A stretch of 64,000 bases of DNA from Myxococcota bacterium (GCA_963674735.2 CAXXQS010000002.1:864001-928000); one strand, 5' to 3'. Positions 8,384 through 18,062 are shown, numbered from the stretch's first letter. The notes: generated from the letters alone by a model not told the origin. Numbers and translations are program-made.

Positions 8384-11300
8384 TTACATACTGCCAAGCT
8401 GGGCCGAGAGCCAGCTTTGCTGATTTTGCAATTGGCCAAGCATTTTTTCCATGGCAATGAATTGCGTGATCATCATTTCGCGTTTGAGATCGAGACGGGC
8501 ATCCATCCGTTCGATATTGTCGTTCAGGCTGGAAATCGAATCTTCGAAGCCGTCGTTTTTCGCATCGATATACCCGGTGTAGGGATCGGTGTAGGCCGCC
8601 AGCAAACGTTCCATCTCACCGGCGAAACCCAAACGGAACGTCATGGACCCGACCGCACCGGTCGTCGTCCCGGAATACTTGAGCGTCAAGCCGTCCACGC
8701 CCGCCGAGCCCTCGTCGCCGCTGAGCAACTGGCCCTTGCCGGTTGCGGCCTGCCCGTTGATCGTGCCCGCCACATCCGTACCCAAGAGTTCCTGGTCGGC
8801 AAAGCCCAGATGGTTGCTGCTTTGCGCCACCGAAAAACCGTAGGAATCGCCGTAGTTGGCATGCGTCAGAGTCAGATTTCCCGAGCCGTCGACGCTGGCA
8901 CTGACCCCGATGGCATGGCGGCCGGAAATGGTTTCATCCACCGTATCGAAACTCAAGCTGCCATCGCCGCTGTAACCCAGTGAAATGGAGAGCTGCGACG
9001 TTCCGCCCTGCTTGTCGGTCAGCACGATGCTGCCGTTGGAATCGATGGTGGCGCTGACCTTGCTATCGTACGCCTCTTCAATGGCATCCAACAGGCCGCC
9101 CATCGTATCGGTGGTCACATCTTCGATGATGAACGAGCCCGAAATGGCGCGACCGGAGCGGCTGGTGCCGGAAAACGTAATCGAGTCACCGTTGGACAGA
9201 TCGTTGTTGTCCCCGCCGGTATCGATGCTGTCCAGAGTCGTCAGCGCGGAAATAAAGGCCGGTCCGCCGGAAGCGGTGGTGGTCTGATGGCCGCTGGCCT
9301 CGGTCAGAACCTGGGTGTAAACCCGATTCAACTCCGAATTGATGGCGGCGGCGACCGCATCGCTGTCCATCCCGGCCGTCAGGGCGATGGAGGCGACCTG
9401 TCCGGTCAACTTATCGGTAATCGTCAGGGTTTCATCCCCATCGAGACCATCCACATCGTCGAGATTGGCGCTGCCGGTTACACTCGCCTGCTGGGCCGCC
9501 TGGGTGATATTGACGGAGTAAACCCCCGCATCGGAGTTATCGCCGTAATCGACGTAACTGAGCGTTCCGGTCGATCCCCAGCCGCGAGCGGCGAACAAAG
9601 CCACCACATTGTCGAACTGCGTATTGAGCGCCGAACTGAAGGTTGAACTGTCGAAGGTCATCTGACCTTTGTCGGTCAGTTCCAGTCCGATGGATTTCAA
9701 GGTGTTGAGCGACGACGACGCGCCGTCGACCGTATCGGTGACCAGATTCATCACGCCTTGCCGGATACTGCTCAAGGTGGAATCGCCGAACAACGGTCCC
9801 CCGGGTTTCTGGGTTTCGCTGTTGTAGGTCATTTGCGTGTTGATCCAGTCGATCACCGTGTTGTACGCGCCGGAGAAACCGTTGACCAGGCTGCCCAGGG
9901 TATCGCCGTCGCGCTGCACATCGATGGTCACGGTGGTGCCGCTGTCGGCCTTGAGCAGGTTGAGCGTCACGCCGCTGACGACATCGGTAATCGTATTGGA
10001 TTCACTGGTCACGGTCAGGCCGTCGATGGAGATGCTGGCATCGCGCCCGGCCTGAATCTGCATGGTGCGCCCGGAAGTGGCGACGGTCGTCTCCCCCAAA
10101 TCGAGCGTGCCGCCGCCCTCGTTGTTGGCGGCCAGAGAAACGGTGAGCTGAGACACGCCGCTGACATCGTCGGTTACGGTGATTTTGCCTTCGGCATCGA
10201 CCGACGCGGTGACCCCGCCTCCGTAAAGGGTTTCGATCTGGGTGAGTAAATCACCGATGGTGGATGTCCCGGCGGCGGTAATGGTGAAGCTCCCCGAAAC
10301 CGCATTGCCGTCGTGATCGGTTCCCACAATCGAAATGGTGTCGCCGTCGGCGACATTGCCGGCATCGGAACCGGTATTGATCTGAGCGAAGGTGGTGGCG
10401 GCCGTAATCACCCCGCCACCGGCCGCGCTGGTTTGACTAAGCGCCCCGGTCTGCTGAACTTCGGCCACCGTTCCGTGGGTGCCCGTCAGCAATCCTAAAA
10501 CCTGTAAAACATTATTGTCGTCTGAAAAGCTGGTTCCGATCAATTTAAGACGATAAACCGTGGTGCCTTCATCGTCTTCTTCACTCACGATGCTGGCGAC
10601 GTTCTGGCCCGCCTGGGTGTTGATGCTATCGCGGATCTGCGTCAACGACTGGCTCAGGTCCAGCGTGAGATTGCTGTGGGCGCCGATCTGCACGGTGGTG
10701 CCGGACAAGGCGCCGTCGAGCCCTAAAAGTGCGCTCACCGAGGAGTCCGCACTGGTGAAGGTGGCCGACAACGCACCCGACACGGTCGAATTGGCGACTT
10801 CCGTTCCGGAATCGATAAAGCCCAACGATTGCAGCACATTCGTAGCGGAAGCATCGCGAATGTCGATTCCTTCCGTGCCCGATTGCCCGGAAGTCAGAAC
10901 GATGCGATAGTTGTCCTGTCCGGCCGTCAGAATCGAGGCGCTGACCTGGCTGGGAGCATCGCCCGAGTTGGCCTGGTTGATTTTCGAAACCAGATCGTTC
11001 AGGCTGTCGGTTGTTTCAACTTCGACACGCTGGCCACCCAGGATAAATTCGCCGGATAGACCGAGCGCGTCACTGGTGCTTGAAAAGTTGGTGGAACTGA
11101 GTTTTTCATTGGCGGCGGTTTGATTGACGATGATATCGAATGTGCCGACGCTGGCATCGTCGTCGACGGAAACAGATAGAATATCCGCAGCATCCGTGCT
11201 TGAGTTGGAGGCCAGAGAGGCGATAAAGAGATTGAAATTATCCGGGTCGGTTAACTTGGCAATGGCCGATTCAAGCTGGCTGAGGTTGGTATTCAACGAC

Positions 11301-11449
11301 TGCCAGGCCGCCTTCTTCTCTTCGAAAGCGGCGACTTTGTTCTCTTGCAGTACGACCGAGTTGCGGTCGACGGCGATCAACTGATCGATCATCGTCGCCC
11401 AATCGATCCCCGAAGAGAGTCCGGAAACCATTTGTGTCGAGCCAGCCAT
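8384..11449 (-). CDS. fliD: Flagellar filament cap FliD (large, ~1021 aa)
   Basis: SGLSSGIDWATMIDQL N-terminus; GPLFGDSTL; QFIAMEKMLGQLQNQQSWL C-terminus; GGAGG RBS. Confidence 0.93.
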   Translation of the reverse strand: MAGSTQMVSGLSSGIDWATMIDQLIAVDRNSVVLQENKVAAFEEKKAAWQSLNTNLSQLESAIAKLTDPDNFNLFIASLASNSSTDAADILSVSVDDDASVGTFDIIVNQTAANEKLSSTNFSSTSDALGLSGEFILGGQRVEVETTDSLNDLVSKINQANSGDAPSQVSASILTAGQDNYRIVLTSGQSGTEGIDIRDASATNVLQSLGFIDSGTEVANSTVSGALSATFTSADSSVSALLGLDGALSGTTVQIGAHSNLTLDLSQSLTQIRDSINTQAGQNVASIVSEEDDEGTTVYRLKLIGTSFSDDNNVLQVLGLLTGTHGTVAEVQQTGALSQTSAAGGGVITAATTFAQINTGSDAGNVADGDTISIVGTDHDGNAVSGSFTITAAGTSTIGDLLTQIETLYGGGVTASVDAEGKITVTDDVSGVSQLTVSLAANNEGGGTLDLGETTVATSGRTMQIQAGRDASISIDGLTVTSESNTITDVVSGVTLNLLKADSGTTVTIDVQRDGDTLGSLVNGFSGAYNTVIDWINTQMTYNSETQKPGGPLFGDSTLSSIRQGVMNLVTDTVDGASSSLNTLKSIGLELTDKGQMTFDSSTFSSALNTQFDNVVALFAARGWGSTGTLSYVDYGDNSDAGVYSVNITQAAQQASVTGSANLDDVDGLDGDETLTITDKLTGQVASIALTAGMDSDAVAAAINSELNRVYTQVLTEASGHQTTTASGGPAFISALTTLDSIDTGGDNNDLSNGDSITFSGTSRSGRAISGSFIIEDVTTDTMGGLLDAIEEAYDSKVSATIDSNGSIVLTDKQGGTSQLSISLGYSGDGSLSFDTVDETISGRHAIGVSASVDGSGNLTLTHANYGDSYGFSVAQSSNHLGFADQELLGTDVAGTINGQAATGKGQLLSGDEGSAGVDGLTLKYSGTTTGAVGSMTFRLGFAGEMERLLAAYTDPYTGYIDAKNDGFEDSISSLNDNIERMDARLDLKREMMITQFIAMEKMLGQLQNQQSWLSAQLGSM

Positions 11450-11518
11450 TGCAGTTTCCTCCCGGATGGTAACCCGGTTGTCCATTCCGTGATGACAACG
11501 ATCCGAACGACAACCTAT

Positions 11519-11944
11519 CTACTGCTTGTGGTCTACCAACACGCCGAGGATTTTGTCCTCTTGGTAAAGAAGCGAATCCGCCATATCTTTCAGGCGAGCG
11601 GCTAATTCGAGGAGTTCATCAGGGGGGAATTGGCGAATCACTTCACCCGTCTGGTCTTGTACCAACCGGAAAAAGACCCGGCCGGAACCTTCGTGAATGG
11701 AAAATTGCGCCGACATATCGATGCTGCTGAGAAACTCGTTGATCTGCTCCATCTGAGATTTGAGTTCCTCGCGGCTCTGGACCTGTCGATCGGCCTTCTG
11801 GTTGCGCTGCACCTGAGCCGTTTCAACCGCTTTTTGCTTTTCTTTCGCATCCCGACCCATCGGCTCGATCTGTTTCGCCGGCTCGATAGGCTTGGAATTG
11901 CGGCTATTCGGCTCGCTTGTTACGACTTTCGAAATTTCCATCAT
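11519..11944 (-). CDS. flaG: FlaG family protein
   Basis: FSIHEGSGRVFFRLV..TGEVIRQFPPDELL, GVLVD; between fliC and fliD. Confidence 0.9.
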   Translation of the reverse strand: MMEISKVVTSEPNSRNSKPIEPAKQIEPMGRDAKEKQKAVETAQVQRNQKADRQVQSREELKSQMEQINEFLSSIDMSAQFSIHEGSGRVFFRLVQDQTGEVIRQFPPDELLELAARLKDMADSLLYQEDKILGVLVDHKQ

Positions 11945-12009
11945 GGTCTCACCCGCTCATAAAACGGTTATACCCGGGATACATCCCGAGTCACCATTTC
12001 ACCAAAATG

Positions 12010-12032
12010 ACGGGGCGGCACCCGCCGCCCCG
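12010..12032 (-). terminator. GC hairpin downstream of flagellin 1 (attenuator/stabiliser)
   Basis: CGGGGCGG-cacccg-CCGCCCCG type stem just after stop; weak U-tract. Confidence 0.45.
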
Positions 12033-12042
12033 CCAACGGTGG

Positions 12043-13215
12043 TTACCTCAAGAGACTCAGGACAGTCTGCTGACTGGCATTCGCCTGGGCCAACATGGAT
12101 GTGCTGGACTGCACCAAGATCTGGTTCTTGGTGAAGGTGCTCATCTCAGCCGCCATATCGACGTCGCGAATGATCGACTCGGAGGCGGTTTTGTTTTCGA
12201 TCATAACCGCCAGGTTGGACTGGGCGTAGCTCAGTCGGTTGATCAACGCACCCGCATCGGAACGGCGCTCGGCCAAGTAGCCGATGGCCACATCGATGTC
12301 ATTCAGAGCCGCCTGAGCGCCACTGGTGGTGCTCAAATCGATCGACAGCGCCGAACCGTTGTTCAGGCTGTTCATGTTGACACCCTGCAGGGTGAATCCG
12401 AGCTGGCTGTTGCCGTCGTTTTTGTTACCGATCTGGAAGTTCGCGTTGCCCAGATCGTACTTCGTGTCGAAGCGCGAACCGGTGCTTTCGCTGCCCGCCG
12501 TGTAGTCAGCCACGTCGAAATCGGCATTGACCGTAACCTTCACGCCCAGGGACGAGAAGTCCAACACAACGTCGGTGTTGATATCGCTGTTGGCTTTCGC
12601 CGCCGTGATATCCACGCGCTGGGTCAGGGTGGTGGCGCCGCCGACATACTCCGACATGTCCATGTAGTTGGCCGAGTCAGAGATCGCGCTCACGTAGTAG
12701 ACCGCATCGTTCTTGGCGTTGGCCACGTCGACTTTTTCAACACCGTTGGCATTGGTGAAGCCGTTGGTCGAGGTCGACAGATCCACCGCACCGTAGGTGC
12801 CGTCGAGCAGGGTCGAACCGTTGTACTCGGTAAACCCGACGATCCGGTTGATTTCCGTGGTCAGCGCCGAGGCTTCAGCGTTGATCTTGGAAAGATCGCT
12901 TCCGGCATTACCCGAGGCGGCCTGAGTGCTCAATTCTTTGACGCGGTTCAGGATGACCTCGATTTCGCCCATCGCACCTTCAGCAACCTGCAATAGCGAG
13001 GTGGCTTCCGACGCGTTACGGCTACCGACTTTAAGAGAAGAAACTTCCGCGCGGAACCGCATCGAAGACGCCATACCGGCGGCATCGTCAGCGGCGCTGT
13101 TGATCCGGTAACCGGACGACAAGCGTTCCAAGGCCTTGTTCATGCTCTGCTCATTCGAGTTGAGATGACGCAGAGAAGTCATAGCGGCAATATTATTCTG
13201 GATTCTGAAGCCCAT
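12043..13215 (-). CDS. fliC: Flagellin 1
   Basis: MGFRIQNNIAA, ERLSSGYRINSAADDAAG, IRDVDMAAEM..FTKNQIL.Q, VLSLLR. Confidence 0.97.
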   Translation of the reverse strand: MGFRIQNNIAAMTSLRHLNSNEQSMNKALERLSSGYRINSAADDAAGMASSMRFRAEVSSLKVGSRNASEATSLLQVAEGAMGEIEVILNRVKELSTQAASGNAGSDLSKINAEASALTTEINRIVGFTEYNGSTLLDGTYGAVDLSTSTNGFTNANGVEKVDVANAKNDAVYYVSAISDSANYMDMSEYVGGATTLTQRVDITAAKANSDINTDVVLDFSSLGVKVTVNADFDVADYTAGSESTGSRFDTKYDLGNANFQIGNKNDGNSQLGFTLQGVNMNSLNNGSALSIDLSTTSGAQAALNDIDVAIGYLAERRSDAGALINRLSYAQSNLAVMIENKTASESIIRDVDMAAEMSTFTKNQILVQSSTSMLAQANASQQTVLSLLR

Positions 13216-13217
13216 AA

Positions 13218-13258
13218 CTATCCTCCTTGATAGTGTCTGTGGATGGCGTCCTTGCCAT
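13218..13258 (-). promoter_or_regulatory. Two CsrA-type GGA hairpins in the flagellin 1 leader, one containing the SD
   Basis: mRNA reads AUGGC-AAGGAC-GCCAU then CUAUC-AAGGAG-GAUAG-UU-AUG. Confidence 0.75.
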
Positions 13259-13427
13259 TTTCTGAAGTCTGTTCCGACTTAAGGCGGTCGGCTCCCGATG
13301 ATTTAGGGTATCACCGAAACCCTGCATTCAGTCCCAGGCCACCTCCTTTCCGCGCACGTGGCGAGTCTGAACTGTTGCGATCCAAGGTTTTCAAAGCTCT
13401 TTAGCATTTCTGCCCTTCTAAAACCAG

Positions 13428-13454
13428 AAATCGGACGTTCAGCGGAGATGTTTA
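13428..13454 (-). promoter_or_regulatory. sigma28 promoter of flagellin 1
   Basis: TAAA-N15-TCCGATTT on minus strand. Confidence 0.7.
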
Positions 13455-13544
13455 CTTTTTTTTTTGCCGCTATGCATATTCCCCCATTTTTCACAAGCAT
13501 AGGTTTTCGTTCAGATTGTCAAAGATCGAAAGTATCACCTGTGA

Positions 13545-13557
13545 TATCAACAGATTA
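13545..13557 (+). promoter_or_regulatory. IHF consensus site
   Basis: TATCAACAGATTA = WATCAA-N4-TTR. Confidence 0.5.
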
Positions 13558-13576
13558 CACAGGTTCTCCACTTCAT

Positions 13577-13617
13577 AAGCCCCCCGGATCGCGCTATCGC
13601 GGCGGGGGGCTTTTTTT
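13577..13617. terminator. Terminator hairpin downstream of flagellin 2
   Basis: AAGCCCCCC...GGGGGGCTT stem; T7 run lies on the plus strand. Confidence 0.6.
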
Positions 13618-13681
13618 CAAGGATCGAGGTCGAACGCCTCCTGGCCAAGGGGCCAATAGGCAAGGCGCAAGACCGCAAATG

Positions 13682-14842
13682 CTACTTCAGGAGCTGCAGC
13701 AGCGACTGCGGCACCTGGTTGGCCTGCGCCAGCATGGAAATACTGGATTGCATCAAAATCTGGTACTTGGTGAATTCGCTCATCTCACCGGCCATGTCCA
13801 CATCACGAATGATGGATTCGGTGGCGGTTTTATTCTCGATGGAAACCGCCAGGTTGGAGCTGGTATAGCTCAGGCGGTTGAGCAGAGCGCCGACATCGGC
13901 ACGAGCCAGGGCCAAGGTGCTGATGGAGGTTTCGATCGTCTCGAGCGCGTTCTGTGCAGAGAGCGTCGAGCTCAGGTCGATATCGGCCGACGATCCACCC
14001 GCCAGCGACGCCAGGGAGAGATCGGGCAAGGCGAAGCCGATGCGGTTGAAGCCGTCATTGACATCGCCAAGCTGGAAGGTGGCCAATCCGAGAGAGCCGG
14101 TATAGAGGCGCGATGCGGTGGCCGCCGTCCCTTCCACGAAGTTGGTTTCATTCGATTCGAAGGCGCTATTCACCGTGATCTTAACACCCAACTGGCTGAA
14201 ATCCATAACGAAGTTCTCGTTCGGTTCCATACCCATGGCGAGGGAATAATCGATCATCTGGGAGGTGGTGCCATCCGAGAGAGTCATGGTATTGGCCGAA
14301 TACGAAATGGCGGAAACAAAGTAGGTACTGTTTCCTTCAGCAGTCGTGACATCGATATGTTCCACACCGTTGCCCGGACCGAAATCGACCGGCGCCGTGC
14401 TGGAGAGCACCGTGGTGCCGAAGCTGCCATCGATCAAGGTATGACCATCATATTGTGTAAAGCCGACGATACGCGAGATTTCAGACTCGAGCGCCGTCGC
14501 TTCCGCATCGATCTTTTCGAGATCCGCGCCCGAGTTACCCGAAGAGGCCTGGGTCGCCAATTCCTTCAAACGAACCAGAATCAGCTCGACCTGACTCATC
14601 GCGCCTTCCGCCACCTGCAACAGCGAGGAAGCCTGCGCGGCATTACGCGACGCCACCTTCAGTGACGAAATCTCCGCGCGGAAACGCATCGATGACGCCA
14701 GCCCGGCCGCATCGTCAGCACCCGAGTTGATCCGGTAGCCCGAGGAGAGCTTCTCCAGCGACTTGCGCATCATCTCCTCGTTCTTGGTCAAGTTCCGATT
14801 GGCCACATAGGCCGACATGTTGTTCTGAATTCTGAAACCCAT
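13682..14842 (-). CDS. fliC: Flagellin 2
   Basis: MGFRIQNN, EKLSSGYRINSGADDAAG, IRDVDMAGEM, LAQANQVPQSLLQLLK. Confidence 0.97.
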   Translation of the reverse strand: MGFRIQNNMSAYVANRNLTKNEEMMRKSLEKLSSGYRINSGADDAAGLASSMRFRAEISSLKVASRNAAQASSLLQVAEGAMSQVELILVRLKELATQASSGNSGADLEKIDAEATALESEISRIVGFTQYDGHTLIDGSFGTTVLSSTAPVDFGPGNGVEHIDVTTAEGNSTYFVSAISYSANTMTLSDGTTSQMIDYSLAMGMEPNENFVMDFSQLGVKITVNSAFESNETNFVEGTAATASRLYTGSLGLATFQLGDVNDGFNRIGFALPDLSLASLAGGSSADIDLSSTLSAQNALETIETSISTLALARADVGALLNRLSYTSSNLAVSIENKTATESIIRDVDMAGEMSEFTKYQILMQSSISMLAQANQVPQSLLQLLK

Positions 14843-14954
14843 CTCATCCTCCTTGACGTTTTCCGAAAGCGGCCGTCCCCGCCTTTGGAACTACTCCGTC
14901 TAATTATCAATTCATCAAACAGTCACTAACCACTACCTGTGGCCTCTACACATT

Positions 14955-14981
14955 AATTCGGTATCCAGCCTTGAAACTTTA
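14955..14981 (-). promoter_or_regulatory. sigma28 promoter of flagellin 2
   Basis: TAAAGTTT-N11-ACCGAATT on minus strand. Confidence 0.72.
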
Positions 14982-15006
14982 ATGTTTTTGTTGAAAAAAG
15001 TGCATA

Positions 15007-15019
15007 TAACTGCTTGATT
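15007..15019 (-). promoter_or_regulatory. IHF consensus site
   Basis: Minus strand AATCAAGCAGTTA. Confidence 0.5.
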
Positions 15020-15153
15020 TTACTAAGAAAACTATTCCCACAAGTCGGCATATTTTGCCTAGTCATGGCGATTTTCCAAGGCCAAAAACCCTGTGATTTC
15101 AAGGAGCTGAAAAACACTGGGAAAAACTTGCCGCCGGGGCTCATTCTTCCACG

Positions 15154-15180
15154 AAAAACGGGGCGGTTTTTGCCGCCCCG
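15154..15180 (-). terminator. Intrinsic terminator after GT2-TPR gene
   Basis: Minus strand CGGGGCGG-caaaaa-CCGCCCCG-TTTTT. Confidence 0.7.
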
Positions 15181-15204
15181 GTTGGAAATCGGAATGTTTT
15201 TTTT

Positions 15205-17235
15205 TCATTGCGCGGAGCCTTTTTTCAAGCTGGCGGCCTTGTCGCGACACAATTCAACCGCCTCGGTCACGCCCAATCGTTCGTAGCAGGCCGCCAATCC
15301 TTCAAAACCGCCCGGATCCTGGGGCGCAAGCGTGGCCACCCGCTCGTAGGCGCCGATGGCGTCCTTGATTCGTCCTTGCGCCAGCATGGCTTCACCGAAG
15401 AGGGTTTGCGCCTGCGGATCGTTGGGCAACAGCAGCATCGCCAGATCCAGCGCGATCCCGGCGGCGCGTGGGCGGTGACTTTCGGAGAGACGGCGGGCCG
15501 CTTCCATAAACAACTGCCCCATTCCCTCGGCGGTGCCCACATGCTCGGCTCCGGCGATATCCAGTTTCCGCCCGATGCGATGACCGCCCGCCAGCAGCTT
15601 GTCGGCATCGTTCGTCTCCAAATACAAGCGGGCCAGACGCAGATGCACCTCAAGCTGATTGTTGTCGCTCGCCACGACTTGTTCGAGAAAAGCGATGGCG
15701 TCTTGGGGACGATCGTGGCCCGCGTACAAAATACCCAGGTTGATCGCCGCATCCAAATGCTCGGGTGCGATATCGATGGCGCGCAGGTAACACCGCTCGG
15801 CCTGGTCGATTTGCTTCAGGTTTTCGTATGAAATCGCCAGATTGGTGAAGGCCTCGGCGTCTTGCGGATCATCGGCGACGATGGCCGAATATGCATCCCG
15901 CGACTGATCGAAATTACCGCTCAGCAAATACACCAGACCCTGGAAAAATCGCACATCCCGCAGGGGAAATCCGTCTCGTTCAGCCGCTTGAACGGTTTCC
16001 AGCGCGTCATCGAAGCGTCGCAGCCCGATCAGAATCTGCAAGCGTTGCTCCACCAGTTCGCGGCGGCCGGGCATGCTCTCCAACCCTTCGGCCAAGACGT
16101 CAAGGGCTTTCTCCGCCTCGCCGACGGTGCCGAGGTATTGCACGATGGCCAGCGTCACCTGGGCGACATCCCGCGAAGCCTGCTCGGCTTCGGCGCGGCG
16201 CAGATTGTAGGTGATGAGATCGTCCCGGCGATAGGCATCCAGCGCCAGACGCACGAGCACCAGCGGCTTGTGATGCAGGGTATGCAGCGGCACCGCGCCG
16301 AAACGTTCGGGGGAAGCCTGATAAGCCGCGTGCAGTTCCAGATAGTGCCGGGCGGCCTCGTTCAATTCGTCGGTGTTCTGCTCGCGAAACGCCACGCTGG
16401 TCAATACCGCCCAGGTATCCAGGTAATCGGGATAAAGCGTCAGTGCGTACCGGCAGGAATTGCGGGCGCGCTCCAGTTCGTTGAGCTCCAAGGAACAGGC
16501 CGCCGAGAGATAGTAATTGCCCAGCCAGCGAAACTCCCGTTTGGCATCTCCGGCGCACAGGCGATGAGACAGCTCGGCCGCGTCGAAGGCTTCGGGGTAC
16601 AGGCGTTCGGTAAAATAACTCACCGCCAGATAATGCGGCCATTTCGGTTCTTGGGGGTCGCGCGCCATCTCCCGCTTCAGCAGGTCGGTGGTGCGATGGA
16701 ATTTGGCCACCATCTTTTCGCGGGACAAATCGTAACCGTAATGCAGCAGCCGCGCCTGCACGAAGCGGTTGGCACCTTGATAGACCACCTCGTTATGCAC
16801 CGCGCCGTCGTAGCGGATACCCTTATGGTGACGGAAAAGACGCACCGAGTTATGATTGGATTCCTGGGCCCCGCCTTCGGCGACGGAAAACACGGGAATG
16901 GAAATGACATCCGCCTGCGCGTCGGTAGCGGCGGCCTTCAACAGATCGACGCCCTCGGCTTCGAGTTCTTCATCGGCATCGATAATGAAAATCCAGTCTC
17001 CCTCGGCATAGTCGATGGACTGGTTGCGATGTTTGGCGAAATCGAATTCCCAGGGATGGTGGAAGACGCGCGCGCCGAACGATTCGGCGATCTCGACGGT
17101 GCGATCGGTGGAGCCGGTATCGACCACGACGATTTCATCAGCCAGCGGCTGAACGGACTTCAAGGCCCGTGAAAGCATATCCTCTTCGTTTTTGACGATC
17201 ATGCAGGCGGAAATGCGCGGAGCGCGGCCGGACAT
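15205..17235 (-). CDS. GT2 glycosyltransferase with TPR repeats, probable flagellin glycosylation enzyme
   Basis: ISACMIVKNEE, VVDTGSTDRT, DFAKHRN, IDADE, HYGY; multiple TPR-like helices; adjacent to flagellins. Confidence 0.88.
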   Translation of the reverse strand: MSGRAPRISACMIVKNEEDMLSRALKSVQPLADEIVVVDTGSTDRTVEIAESFGARVFHHPWEFDFAKHRNQSIDYAEGDWIFIIDADEELEAEGVDLLKAAATDAQADVISIPVFSVAEGGAQESNHNSVRLFRHHKGIRYDGAVHNEVVYQGANRFVQARLLHYGYDLSREKMVAKFHRTTDLLKREMARDPQEPKWPHYLAVSYFTERLYPEAFDAAELSHRLCAGDAKREFRWLGNYYLSAACSLELNELERARNSCRYALTLYPDYLDTWAVLTSVAFREQNTDELNEAARHYLELHAAYQASPERFGAVPLHTLHHKPLVLVRLALDAYRRDDLITYNLRRAEAEQASRDVAQVTLAIVQYLGTVGEAEKALDVLAEGLESMPGRRELVEQRLQILIGLRRFDDALETVQAAERDGFPLRDVRFFQGLVYLLSGNFDQSRDAYSAIVADDPQDAEAFTNLAISYENLKQIDQAERCYLRAIDIAPEHLDAAINLGILYAGHDRPQDAIAFLEQVVASDNNQLEVHLRLARLYLETNDADKLLAGGHRIGRKLDIAGAEHVGTAEGMGQLFMEAARRLSESHRPRAAGIALDLAMLLLPNDPQAQTLFGEAMLAQGRIKDAIGAYERVATLAPQDPGGFEGLAACYERLGVTEAVELCRDKAASLKKGSAQ

Positions 17236-17253
17236 GGCGGTTCCCTCTCGGCG

Positions 17254-17697
17254 TTACGATCCGGTGGCCGCGTTATCGGCGAACAGCGGGTAGCGTGTGG
17301 AATAATTCGAATCGTTGAGAATCAGCTGGCAGGCGGTCTGCTCGACTTTATTGATGACCAGCGGCGCCAACAGGTTGGCCGTCATCTTGCTGACGTCATT
17401 GCGCACGGTCACAATGGCCCTGAGCATCACATCCTGCGGATCTTTGAGTTGCAGCAGATCGATGGTGTCATCGTCCACTTCGAAGTTGTAAGCCGCCTCC
17501 ACCAACAGCGGATCCACCACGACAAAGGCCAGCTCGGGAAGCGTAATGCATTGCAGCCACTCGAACGGCTCCTCATCCGGCTTGCGGATAATGGCGAACC
17601 GCTGATGATTCTCGAACCCGACCATCCCCTGGGGGAAGGTGAGCAGGTCTTTCTCGTCTACTTCGATATCGCCAAAATGGCGTGTCGTGACCTTCAC
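17254..17697 (-). CDS. fliW: Flagellar assembly factor / CsrA antagonist FliW
   Basis: KVTTRHFG, FPQGMVGFE, PFEWLQ, MTANLLAPLVIN; GTG after AAGGAG. Confidence 0.95.
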   Translation of the reverse strand: MKVTTRHFGDIEVDEKDLLTFPQGMVGFENHQRFAIIRKPDEEPFEWLQCITLPELAFVVVDPLLVEAAYNFEVDDDTIDLLQLKDPQDVMLRAIVTVRNDVSKMTANLLAPLVINKVEQTACQLILNDSNYSTRYPLFADNAATGS

Positions 17698-17750
17698 GAT
17701 GTGCTCCTTCATGCCTTATCGGGCCCGTTCGGGCCATCCGATCGTCACGG

Positions 17751-18062
17751 TCAATTCTTTTTCCTGACAACCGGTCCGTCGCTTGCGCCATCCACCTCGG
17801 GTTCACCCTGGGCGGCTTTCTTCATCGCCTGACCGCGCGCCTTAAACAGCCGCACGGCTTCGCTCAACCCGCTGTCGCCCGCTTTTCCAGCCAGGATATT
17901 CTCCTCGCGAATCCGGTCATAGATCTCTTCCCGATGCACTTTGACATTGCGCGGTGCCTCGATGCCGATCTTGACGAAATGGCGGCCTAGCTCGATGATC
18001 TTGACGCTGATTTCGTCACCGATCTTTATGGTTTCCCCGAGCTTTCGCGTCAGGATGAGCAT
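17751..18062 (-). CDS. csrA: Carbon storage regulator CsrA with FliW-type C-terminal extension
   Basis: MLILTRKLGETIKIGD, VKIGIEAPRNVKVHREEIY, followed by IREENILA extension. Confidence 0.96.
   Translation of the reverse strand: MLILTRKLGETIKIGDEISVKIIELGRHFVKIGIEAPRNVKVHREEIYDRIREENILAGKAGDSGLSEAVRLFKARGQAMKKAAQGEPEVDGASDGPVVRKKN

Noticed and set aside
15162-15174. GGCGGTTTTTGCC as another enhancer site
   Set aside because: Fully explained by the terminator hairpin of the GT2-TPR gene
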